A stretch of DNA of 64,000 nucleotides, taken from positions 2,090,747 to 2,154,746 of the forward strand of contig MU062062.1 in NCBI GenBank assembly GCA_013265495.1, written 5' to 3'. Position 1 is the first letter of the stretch. The number at the start of each line of letters is the position of its first letter. The position numbers and the translations under genes were made by a program. Below, one piece after another: positions 47,569 through 58,973 of this stretch. A model generated the notes under the pieces. That model saw nothing but the letters and a program-made list of their open reading frames with translations, ran no database searches and was not told the DNA's origin. The stretch comes from Vicugna vicugna. Its lineage: Eukaryota.

Positions 47569-50500
47569 GTGAGAGTTCAAGGAGGGCTGCCAGCAGGGCG
47601 GGGCCCAGGGGAGACCCTGCCGGTGAGTGGGGAGCGTCCACCCCCAACGAGCCGGGCTCCGCCCCTCCCAGCCCAGCGCTGGCAGCCGTGCTCAGGCTCT
47701 GGGGAGAGAGAGCTCCTCACCTGTGAATGGAAAGAAAGAACGTTGGCTCTGACCTAGCAGGGGTGAAGGGAGAGCCAGGGAGCAGGCTGTCTTGGAGCAT
47801 CGCCAGCTCCTGGGGACGGGGCAGGGCTCCTGTCCCCCGAGGACTGCCCTGTGGGAAGGCCCTTGGTCTGGGCTGGGGCGGGGAGCCTGCAGGCAAGTGT
47901 GTGCTAGGTGACCATTTGGGCTGAGTGTCTGGCTCTGGAGGCTGGAGGAACCAGGCGCACGTGCATCACTCCTTCTCGGTGGCTCCAGCTGAGGCAGCGG
48001 CCGGTGTCGGGGGCTCAGAGGGGATGGGGTGGGAGCCTAGCCTCACGGTCGCTTCTCGGGCCTCGCCACGCAAATCCAGGTGTCTGCCTCCTCAGAGTTT
48101 ACTGTCCCGACTCCAGGAACTGTCCTTGTGTCGGGAACTGACCGTACACTGTTTGACCTCCTCACCCTCACCACTCTCGTAACTGCTTGTTTATGCAAAT
48201 CGTCTTTCCTCTTACCGTTTTGAGGACTCTCTGCAGGCATCACTGATGTATCAGATGCAGAAAGTTATCTTTATTCACTTTTGACGTCAGTGGAGGAGAG
48301 AACCGTTCTACAGGTGAAAGGCACTTGGCCCAGCACAGGGTCCATGCTCAGTGCCAGGCACTCGTGAGGTATGGCTACGGGCACAGTGTCCTTACCTTGC
48401 AGCACCTCGGGTGGAATCCGCTGTTTGCCTCAGGAGGTCGTGCATACGCTGGAGAAGTCAGCATGCCACCGAGACTCGGCAGCTCGGGGGGTTCTGGACA
48501 GCAGATCAAACAAATGCACTAGGACAGACTCCTCACGTCGAATCACAGCCAGGAGCAATCATCCACCCGCCCACCCGTCCTTCCATCCATCCATCATCCG
48601 TTCATTCAGTGAACATCCCTCTGACTGGCAGGTGCAGAGCACGCGCCGGCACAGACATCGGCCTGCTCCCCACAGCTCTGCTGCCTGAAGGGCAGAGACC
48701 ATAGAACAGAGAACCCCAATAGGGGCGGCTGTTTCTCCTGCCACCTCTGGCCCCCAGTCCTTCATTTATTGTCAAATATTTACTAAACGTTCCAGGCACG
48801 AGTTCGAGGAGTTTAACCCATCATCTCCACGCATCTTGCCTTCCGACCCACCCTCAAATAACACACAGTCCAGGCGAAGAGGGGCGTTTGCAAAGCTAGG
48901 CCATGGTGGGGAGTCCCCGCCAGAAACCCTGCTGTCCCGCTGCCCCTGCCTGACGCCCCCACTTCATCTCTTCCCCTCCTCGTCCTTCTTGCACAGCGTC
49001 TCCACCCATGTCTGCAGCTCAAACCACCAGTGGCCCCCAAGGAGCCCCTTGGCCCCTACCGGCAGGATGGCCCCAGGTGGCCGTGGCCTGTGTCCCGCCC
49101 CCTTTCCTGGAAGGTCCCCTCCCCGTGGGCTGTGGGTGCCCCCCTCCCCCCCGCTGTTTAGTGAGAAGGCCCTTCGTCTGGCCCCGCTGTGCTGGCCCTG
49201 CTGCGCCCGCCCCGGGAAAGGTGAAGGATGTCAGTGCGTCCCAGCCATGAGGCCTTTCCTTTCATGTTGTCACCATGAGCCCTCGCAGCGGAGGAGCCCG
49301 GCGGCACCACTGCTTTGTAACAGTCATTTGACCCCAGAATGCAGCACATCAGTTAAAGCCACCGCCGCTAAATTATTTCTCTCTGACAGTCCGCTAACAC
49401 CCCACTGGATGATGGAGCGCGCGGAGCGGCGGGAGGGCTGCGGGCCATCCATCACCCCAGACATGCCGACATCACACAAGGTCTGTCCTGGGCTCATTAC
49501 CAGGCCGGGCGGGGCCGGGCAGGTCAGGGCTCAGGACCAGGCGCCCCCACCTCACGGCTTTATTAAATTCGAATCCTGCCGTGCGCCTGGTCTGGATTCA
49601 GGGGCTGAGCTTTCAAAAAAAGATTCCAAGGCTCCCTGTAAATTCTGCTCCGCTTTCCTCCTCCGCCCACCGCCGCCTACACGTCTACACAGTGTGCATC
49701 CCGCTCAGGCCGGTCCTGCTCCCGGGGGGCCCACCTTTGCCGTTTACCTGCGCCATCAGCACCTGCTCCAGGAGGCCAGCCAGGCACCCCGGCCTAGCAG
49801 GGTGCCCAGAACGCCGTTCACACTCTCAGAAAGGGCAGGACCCACCGCTGAGCCGGGAGGACCCTGCCCGAGTCCCCCCGGGGTGGCAGCGTGCTCACGG
49901 CTGGGGCAGCCTGGGTCTCAGCCTCGGAATTTAATGTTTTCTACCCGAAGTCCTGTCTTGGTGTGCAGGAGTCTGGGTTCTGAGAGTCCCCCGCTGGGTC
50001 CCGCAGACGCAGAGACAATGTCTGTGTTTAGCACTTTGAACCGAAGGCTCCAGAGCCATCACTAGGGGTGAAAAAGTTCCAACTCGGCAGTCGCGTGGGG
50101 AGCGCGCTGGGCCCAGCCGCGGGAGATCCGGGGCCAGGCGCCTGCTCCGCCAAGTCCTGCCAGGCGTGTCAGAGGCCAGCGCTACCGGGTTCCTGGCTTC
50201 TTGGGACCTCAGCTGCAGAGCAGACCCCGGGGGCTCGCCCGTCACAGACGCCCCGTGTGAGACCTACAGGGACCGCTGCTCTCATCCAGGCCAGAAGCCG
50301 TTTTCCAGCAGTCAAGACAATTAGTTTAGACTTATTCCAGCCTCGATCCCCAAAGAGTAAGTTCTGCAAAATGACTCTCAGTAAAGGCATCAGTCACCGG
50401 CTGCGAGTTCCTCGGTACCTGATTTCCAGTTTCCTCCGCCCGGGTGCTTCTCAGAATCAGGCTGATTCGGTCCTTCGGTTTCATGGGATCAGGTCTCTTT

Positions 50501-50745
50501 GGTAGAGCGACGAGGCCGTGCTGTCTCAAATCCTCTGAAACAGTGCAGGCCCGAGCGAGGGGACACTGCCAGCACCAGCTGATGACGGTGACCGCCGAGA
50601 CCAGGGCTGGTGGGAGGGCTGGCCCGCGTCCTCAGACGTCCTGGATCTGGGCTGGCGAGGGACCCCTCGGTCAACGGGAAACCTGGAAGCGATAACGAGA
50701 GTGTGTAGGAGCAGAAATACTCATCACCTGGAGGCATCATTGTTA

Positions 50746-50828
50746 AAAGGGGAAAAAAGAAGAGGAAGAAGAAAGGAAGGGAGGGAGGGAGGGGGGAGGA
50801 AGGAAGGAAGGAAAGAAAGACAAAGAAA
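50746..50828. repeat. Purine-rich (GGAA/GGGA/GAA)n tract
   Basis: About 75 nt of uninterrupted purines on the + strand. Confidence 0.92.
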
Positions 50829-52615
50829 TCACAAAATCTGCGTCTCTGTGGTCTTTATTCCCCCCTCCCGGCTTGAAAAGACTTGAATTCATAACAGCTT
50901 TCAGTTCGGCCAGAGGCTCATCTCTGGGCATTTCTGCCGCGGGGAAACCGGCCAGAGAGGAGCAGGAAGTCCTGTGAAGGAGAAGAAAGAAACGGAGGAA
51001 ACTTGTGGTGACACAGAAGGGAGGGGGCGGGAACACTCGCCGCTGGGTGGGACGGCCGGTTTCCTGTCTGGCTTGCGAGCTTCTCCTTCACCCTCAGTGA
51101 TTCCCCTTTTGGTTTGTTTTTGACTTTTTTAAATTCCATGTCAGGCTCCAGCAGCTCAAATAGTGTCTTAAAGACTGAGAGCAATTGAGACACTTTATCC
51201 GCAAGGATAGAGGGGCCGCCTTTAAAACGAACAGCGGCTGCTCGCTTCCATCTGGGGACAGGAATCCTTCCGGGGAGCGGCCACCCAGGCCTGTCCTCGC
51301 TCTCGCTCAGTCAGGTGTGCAGCCTGCTGGGGCGCACCTGCTCTGGCCCAGGTGACGCGGCTCTCGCCGCCGGGGGGGCAGCCCCGGTCACACACCACAG
51401 GAAGTGAGCAGTGCCTGTGGAGTTTCCACGTTTTAGGGCAAATTTGGATCAGAGCTGCCGGGCGCGACCCCGTCTCAGGAACCTGCCCCAGGATCAGCTG
51501 CAGAACAGACCAGGGGCTGCCTGTTACCGCGCTCTCAACAGCCGCACCGCGGGGCACGGGGAGCTGTGCGCACGAACCCGCTGTCCTCCGTCCAAGGCCA
51601 GGGTGACCCCCAGCCACCTCTGGCCACTTCACAGGCTGGGTTTCTGCCAACCGCCCCCTCCCCCAGCAGAGGCCGCGGGCCCCCTGCCAAACGCGAAGTG
51701 TTGATTGATGCCGCTATAATGAGTTAGCAATGGAGCGCTCCTCGGGTTTAAATGGGCTCAGATTTACGCACACAGCTGTGGGACTCACATCACTCTGCTC
51801 TGAGATGGGCTCACACCATCCACCACGTTTCACCCAAGGCCCCCCCGAGACAGCAGTGGACGTTCCCACGGTGTCCTCCTCTCTCCGCCCCGTGGGTCCT
51901 CACTCTCCCGCCCCCCCACCCCCGGCAGCTCGGGGATTCCAGAATGACCTCCGAAGGACACTTGCTGCTTTGCAGGTTCTACAGGTAGGAAGAAACTGCT
52001 CTGGATCCCAACTATTTCCTTGGAAAAGGCTGATTTCTCCCGGTTGCAGCAGGGTGCTCCTCATGGCTGCACTTTCTCAGCTGTTTTCCTGCTGGGGCTG
52101 GCAGCAGGGCGGGGCCCACCATGTCCAGGCACCTGCCCGCACAGCAGACTAGGAGAGCGGCTCTGTCCACGGAGAGAGCTGGAGGGCTGGGCTGATGGGT
52201 CTCCAGATGAGCGACACTCCCGCGTCTCTGCAGACCCTCTCTGGGCCTCGCGGCGTTGGCGGATGGGGCGGTGGGGAGGGGGTTAGACAGCACTCGCCTT
52301 CCTCCCCTGTCTCCCTTCTCCTCCTGGACCTGCACCCTCACCACCACTTTGCACTTTCCACTTCCCGTGGAAATCGTCCCGACAGGCGATCTCAGCCCTG
52401 GCTGGTTTGGTGACATTCGAGTGTAAAGAACAAGTAGAAATCTGTGCAGCGAGCATGGAGAGGTTGTGGTCAGTGAGAGCCAGGGTCAAGGGCGGCCCTT
52501 TCCTGGAAAGACTTCCACCAAATTTGTGGGAAAACAAAGAGCCTGGGATATTCATGCTTCCCTCTCAGACACAAGACTGAAATTCAGCGATTCCGGACTC
52601 ATAAGAAAGTCTCTC

Positions 52616-52955
52616 TGGCTTCGTCCCTTCAGCCTGCTCCAGCAGAATTCCACAGGCCAGGCGGTCAGTAAGCCGCTGGAATTTGTCCTCCCGGGTCCGG
52701 AGGCTGAGAGGCCGAGACCCAGGCACAGGCAGGCCCCGCGTCTGGTGAGGACCCGCCTCCTGCGTCACGGGTGGTGGCCGCTCCCGAGCCCTCGCCTGGA
52801 GGAGCGGTGAGGCCGCTGGGCTCCCTGTGTAAGGACTCTCGCCCCGGCATGGGGCTCCCCCTCGTGACCTCTTGACCTCATCACCTCCTGGCACCATCAC
52901 CTTGGGGGTTAGGATTCAACACACGGATCTGGGGGCCACTCATCAGTCTGGAGCA
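52616..52955 (-). mobile_element. Near full-length MLT1A0-like solo LTR, strongly GC-shifted
   Basis: Collinear with recalled antisense MLT1A0: ggaggctg, gtctggtgagg, gacctcatcacctcc, caccatcaccttgggggttaggattcaaca. Confidence 0.75.
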
Positions 52956-55900
52956 ACCTGTTAATCCCCAACTTTAACCAGAAAGGAGCCCAGGGGTATG
53001 TTTACGCGCCATCGTTGACATCGGAACAAATCAGCTCAAATCAGCGCCTGCCGGCTCCCGCCCCAGCCCCACGCCCGGCTGACCACTGGCCTTTCCAGTC
53101 TCATCCCCCCTTGCCGTCCTGCAATGCGGTGTCAGGAAGCGGAGAGGGCAGGATGCCAGCAGATTAAGCAGTGGTTTGACGGTTAATGAAGAAAAGAATC
53201 TCACCATGGGTCTCTCAGCCCTGGTTTAGACCCAGCCCCTGTGAGCAGGACCAGAATCTCATCAAGGAAACCCGTGTCTCAGGAACTGATCGTGGAAGAA
53301 AGGGCTTTACTTGAATCGGTGTCACAGAACTCGGCCAGCCAGCCCAGTCTCAACCCAGAATGGGGCCGGGGGCTTCCCCCACAGCCCTGGTCAGGGAGCG
53401 GGGTTTGGGGCTCCACCCACAGCGTGGCTGCTGCGTTGTCGTGGTTGTACCCAGATGCAACGTGTACAGTGGGGCTGGGGGTGCAGGGCACACTGGCCCT
53501 GTCTTTCCGGGGGAGCAGGCTCAGTTACCTCGCTGACATCACAGCCTTCCCAGCTCGCAGGGTGGACCTCTTCGCATCCAAGAACACCACCATCTGAAGA
53601 TTCTGGTTTCTTAGGCTCAGCCCTGACCCCTTGCCACGCCCCCTGCTCCCATTGTCCCACACTCAGTGGTTTCAGGAGAAGGAACGGTTCCTTGAGTGCC
53701 TTTCCATAGTGCCAAAAAACCTTTGTTTCACAGCAGAACGCCTTCCATCGACATTCGGCCTCATGAGGGGAGGTGACTGTCCTGCGCGGGGCGGTGCTGC
53801 CGGCCTCCTGCTCCACACGTGGGAGAGGCCCCGAGGAGCACGTGTTTGGTTCCGGGTTCCCTGAGTTTAGATCAGGGGACGCAGACGTGGAGGATGTAGA
53901 ATGTTCCCATCAGGAGCTCGGAGCTCCCCCCCCGCCGTGACCTCAGATCCATGTGGGCGCTGCCGAGTCCCTGAGCCCTGGGGAACCGAGACGTGTCCTG
54001 CCTATTACACGTGCCGGTGGCTTTCGGTCCGGACGTGGGGGCTGGGAGAGCATGCGGAGGCTGCCCTCCGCCCAACACTGAGAAATTACAGGACTGAGTC
54101 CATGCAGACACCCTGTTGTGTCCAGTTGTTGTTAATGGCTTTAACAAGGAGTCAACCAGTCGAGATGAACCCACTTCTTTGAGGCACAGAGTGAAATTCA
54201 GAGCGACTCTCACCTCTCTCTCTCTCACACATACACGCCCGGCGCATGCGTGACCTGCACGTTCATATGTGTGTGTGTAAACCTGCATCTGGAGGGAAAA
54301 ACAGGGTCCAGTGGGCGAGAATAGAAACCGGCCCCTTAGGGGCCCGACGCCCGCAGCACTTCTGTTTTCTGGGAGGGAGAGGGGGACGCCTCCGCCGTTG
54401 AGGGCGCTTGTTTCCTTGAAGCTGCGGGTGGACGGCTGTCAGGTTGGTCCTTTGGTGTGGAGGAGAGGAGAGGGGGCAGCACTTGGCTCTTTTGTCCAGA
54501 ATCATGGCACCTTCATAAGAGTGGGCTCTGGGGTGGTCACCACCTAGGAGTCCCCAGAACGCACAGTCAGACCCCACCCTCTTTGGCCGCCCTCCTGCCT
54601 CAGATGAGCGTCTCGGGCAGACGCCTCCAGCACCTGGCAGGGGCCCATCGGACTGAGACTTCCCGGACCTGCGTCTGGAGCAAGGGTCAGAACCCCAGCT
54701 GCGGGCCTGCGCAGCTCTGGCGGCTGGGGTCCCCAGGTCCCTGGGTCCCCGCGATTGCTCCCCTACCCCACCCCACCCCGCTGTGGCGCTCTGCCTGCGT
54801 CCAGGCCCTCGTCGGTCAGGCAGCCTTCCTCCTCTCAGCACCGCCGCTCCATCTGCGTTTCGCGGCCACATACACCCTCTTGTGGTCCGCGAGGGGGAAG
54901 AAGCCTTTCACAGAAGGACAGCAGATTCCCTCCCGCATGTCCAGCCGACCCTGACCCTCCCCACATCTCATCTGCTCGGGAGACGCACTGACACCAGAGT
55001 GGCAGTGATGGGTCCCCACCCACGTGGGCAGCTCTCCAGCCCTGCAGTGAGGGGGCCAGACGCTTTGTAGACGCCCAGCAGCACGCTTGTGTGCTGACGC
55101 AGCGTGCATGCAGTGTGTGTGTGTGTACAGTGTGATTTACAGTGACGCCGTGTCTGCACGCCAGTCAGTCCACACGTACACAGTGTGGACACGGTGTACA
55201 ATGTGCACTTACACAGTAGCCTCCCCCCCACTAACTCCCTACTGGAAGAAGTTTGGTACAATTTAAGGTTTAAAAAGTTAAGTACGTATTTAGGCCTCTG
55301 TGTCCCCAGTGCTGAGTTTTGGTGTCTCCAGATGTAGTTAACGTGCCTGCCGCTACGTGACGCAGAGTCTGTAAGCCGTGCTCTCCAGCCCGCAGCCCCG
55401 GGGCGACGAGAGGAGGAGCCACGGCGTGTCGGGCACCGTCCTGCCTCGTGTGGTCCTAGGCGCTTTACTGAGCGTTACAGCTCTCGGAGGTGGCACCACT
55501 GGTGCTCCACTCAGACCCTGGTCCCCCGACCCCCCACGGCCCCGGGGGCTTGTAGATTTCAGGATGGCGTGGCTTCGGCCACGTACTGTGCAAGTCTCAG
55601 AGGCCCTGGGGGGCCCCACTCACCCCGCAGGGTCTTCTTGAAGGAGATTGGAGCTCTGCTCCTCCAGGCCCATGTGGGGAACCCACACCCTGACCCCCAG
55701 GCCCCCTTCTGAGGAAGCTTGTCCCTGGAGCAGGCCATGGTGGTCCCTCGAGAACCTCTCTCTCTTCCTTCCATCTTACTTCTCAGGGGCCCTAACCCCA
55801 CCCTGTTCCCACGTTTATGATCCTGGTGCACACGCGTGATGGGGGAGGAAACTCACACGAGTGCCGCGTCAGCAACCCTTTACGTGGGGCGTGCCACGTG

Positions 55901-58278
55901 CAGGCGGAGGTGCCCCCGGGTCCAGCCGCCGTCCTGCGGCCTTTCCACCCGAGTGGTTGCCCCTCGGGCAGGTGGCAGGTGGCAAGGCCTCCCACCCTGG
56001 TCGGGGAGGTGAGCGCAGCCCCAGGTGGAGAGGGCTGGCTCTGCCTGTAAAGCAGGTTGGTGATAAAAGTGTCACTGCACGGAGTGGGGCCGGTGGAGTG
56101 GTCAGTACCTGTGACGTGTGTACACGCACCTGCACAAGGCGGTCTGTCCTCCTCGTCCTAGGACGCCGTGTCGGGCAGCACGGGTGGGCAGACGTGCCGC
56201 GGCGTGGTTAGTTGGCAGGACGCTCGGTCCCACTAGAGGAGGGGAGGGACTCCTAAAACACCGGGCTGGCTCAGGCTGGCTGGGTGGGGACCAGCCAGGA
56301 CCCCCTGGGTGGCACTGACAGGCCCTCGGGCTCCAGACGCCCATGTGCCCACCCGACCCACGACCCCGGCTCACCACGCAGCACTGATGCCGCTCTGTGT
56401 GGCCGGCAGCTTGGGCAAAGCCAGAGCTTTGCTCCTCACTGCCATCAGGATCCGGCTTCCCGGACCGGGGAGGAGCTGACGGCCCGGGAAGGAGGCGCCC
56501 TGGGAGCCGTGTGCGGGCAGGGACATGCGCTTATCTCGGGGGTGTCCGGGCAGGGGCCGGGGAACCCTCTGGTCCTCTGCCTTCTGCTCCAGGCAGCTGA
56601 GCGTCTCTGTGAGGATCGGAGGTCAGCTGAACGTCAGCCCTGTTTAAACACATGGCGTCTGAGGGGACACGTATCCCCCCACCCCCGGCACCTCCCGGAG
56701 GAGCGAGGGCAGCATGTCCACCCTCGTCCCTGAGGATCAGCTCCCCCTCCCTCGGCTGCAGTTTTAAGTCAAGTGCAGTGACCACGGGTTCTCCCCGCTG
56801 GAGGGGGACCTGTGTTCACGGTGTCACTGTCCTTCATGTCGCAGGAGAGGGGAGTCCCTCTCCACCTGGGCAGAGATGTGCTCACGTTCCCAGACCTCCA
56901 TCGCCCCTCCCCCTGCACGCTAGAGCCTAACGGAGCTCAGAAAGGGGAACAACAGTTTGTGACAACAGCACGATTAAACTAGTTTAAAATGTGTTTCTCT
57001 GAATTAATGCACTCAGGGGACTTAGGAGGTCACTCAAGTACTCGAAATTACAAGCCCACAGAACAGTAATCACCACACAGACAGCAAGCACGAGAGGCTT
57101 TTTTTAAATCCAGGGCATTTTCCCCGAGGTCGTGATTAAAATAAATCGGTGATCAAAGCTGCTTCCACGGGCAGGGGCGTCTCTCTGTGTCCTGCCTGTG
57201 TTCCCGCGAGGGGAGGTACTCAGCAAAGGAGTCTGGTTGCCTGGCTTGGGGTAGAGGTTTCAGTCTGTTACCAAAGCAGAGAATTCCGAGAGCACGTGCT
57301 TCCATCAACCGCTCACGTTGCCCTGCGGCCTCTGTGGGTGTGGGCTTCAACACCCAGAAACTGGAATCTGCAGCGACCGGGCCGGCGGAGGCGGAGTGGG
57401 GCACCGAGGGCTTCCCGCGGCATGGCTTCCTGGCAGCTCTCGGTCACGGGCCCGGCGGCCCGGCCACCCGAGGCTGTGGGTCAGGGCCCCAGAGCCAGGA
57501 CTCGCCCCAGGGGAACAAGCGGCTGTCATGGCGGCCGGGCTGTGAAGTGGGGGTGGGTGAATTCTGATGGAACTCAGGAGGGAAGCCTCCATGGAGGAGG
57601 GGACAGCAGGAGGAGGGCAGGGGGCAGACCATCACAGCCGGGGAGCTGTTTGCCACATGCGGCTGGGAGGGGCAGGCAGCGGGCAGGGGCGGTTCCCGAG
57701 AACGCAGGCTGCGGGATCACACGCCAAAGTGGCAGCGATGGGACGGGGAGGAGGGGGGCGCGTGGCCAGAAACTCCAGGTTTGGTTTTGATGTGGGACGA
57801 CCGGGAGGATTTCTCCTGCCACCGAGCCACATTGGGGCCAGCGAGCCAGCCCCCACCTTCACAGCTGGGTGTCCCTGGCAGCTCACTCAAGCCTCTGGTG
57901 TCCTTGTCTGTACTGTGGGTGACCGCGTTCCCCCTGGCACGAGGGCGGCGTCGCCGACCGAAGGAGCTGCCTGGGGCGCCCCCGGGGCTGAGAGTGTGAG
58001 ACTGAGACTCGAGGAACCAGGCACCTATGGACGTGCATGTTGATGTGACCTTGGGGCCGGTGGGGGGGGTCAGGGCGCTTGGGTCTGGGGTGTGAGGGGG
58101 GCCTCCCCCCGGCTGTGGTCACCGTCCAACTGTGAGCAGCCATGAGTGACTCACCTGTGTGCCTTCTTGACCCAACCCTCAGTCTGGCTGGTCTCTTGCC
58201 CCAGAAAGGGTCACGGGGGAGTGGGGAATGGAACTTGAAAGCGCAGCGGGGCCGGACAGGGAGGGCCCCGGGGAGCCC

Positions 58279-58973
58279 TTGCGTCAGCAAGCTCAGGTCC
58301 AGCTGTTCGCCGCTCTGAAGCCTGTGCTCTCGAGGCAAGTGTTGGTAGAAAGGAAAGGCTGCTTTATTCAGGAGGCCAGCAACCTGGGGAGAAGTGGCCT
58401 CCTGTCCCAAAAAGCCAGCTCCCCACTGCGGATCGAGGGGCAAGAGCCCTTTACAGGGGAGTCTCGGGGGTGCACAGGCGCAGGAGGGGCCACGTGTGAG
58501 CAGCATGGTCAGCGCCGACAGTCCTCCTGAAACTGGTCACTGGCCGGTCTTGACCTTGATTGTGCTCAGTGCAGTTAATCTCCAGGCCCAGGATGGGTCT
58601 GTTCCCGTCTCTTTGAGGCCAGTTCTCGGAACTGTGCCAGCTTCTGTCCCGGCTACAGTCTGGTCATTGTGGAGCTAACGTCTCCTCCTGGAAGGAGGTG
58701 TGTGGCTTCAGCTTCTGCAAAACAGCTCAAGGACGTGGCTCAGAATATTGTCAGTAGCCCCTGAGGAGGAACTAAAGGTCCGTGACCTTGTCTAATGGCT
58801 AAACTATTAGTGTTTCTTTTGCTTGACTGTTTTCCTGTGCTTCTGAATTTTTTCACTTCTCTGATTAAACGTATTCTTTGGCTAAAGTTTTTGTGCAGAC
58901 AACTGGCAGGCGGGGAACATGGGGGTGCGGGGATCTGTCCCAGGAAGGCCCCATCGGGTCCTGCTCTGTTGCA
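58279..58973 (-). mobile_element. ERV1-class solo LTR (about 700 bp; Laurasiatherian MER41-like family as recalled)
   Basis: TG...CA termini and AATAAA on the minus strand (tttatt 58363-58368). Family blocks: ggtagaaaggaaagg, gaggccagttctcggaa, cctgaggaggaactaaaggtcc, cttctctgattaaac, ttctttggctaaagtttt. Confidence 0.75.

Larger units (their letters stand above)
46400..47650. promoter_or_regulatory. Gene-body CpG island over exon 3
   Basis: Very high GC and CpG density across the exon and its immediate flanks. Confidence 0.7.

Noticed and set aside
46645-47580. Long antisense ORFs (311 and 293 aa) over exon 3
   Set aside because: Both have non-ATG starts. Open antisense frames are expected opposite GC-rich coding sequence, and there is no recognisable domain.
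47569-47757. Read-through of the exon 3 ORF to 47757 as coding sequence
   Set aside because: There is a canonical donor at 47569, and the tail is low-complexity. Only the 54-nt extension is kept as a hypothesis.
48836-50065. 409-aa + strand ORF
   Set aside because: TTG start, Pro/Ala/Ser/Arg-biased composition typical of GC-rich non-coding DNA, and no family similarity or exon signals.
13600-55190. Scattered single 8-11 bp hairpins (for example near 13605, 19052, 25155, 29525-29554, 29769-29804, 55168-55190)
   Set aside because: They are isolated and about as frequent as expected by chance in 64 kb, with no shared motif.
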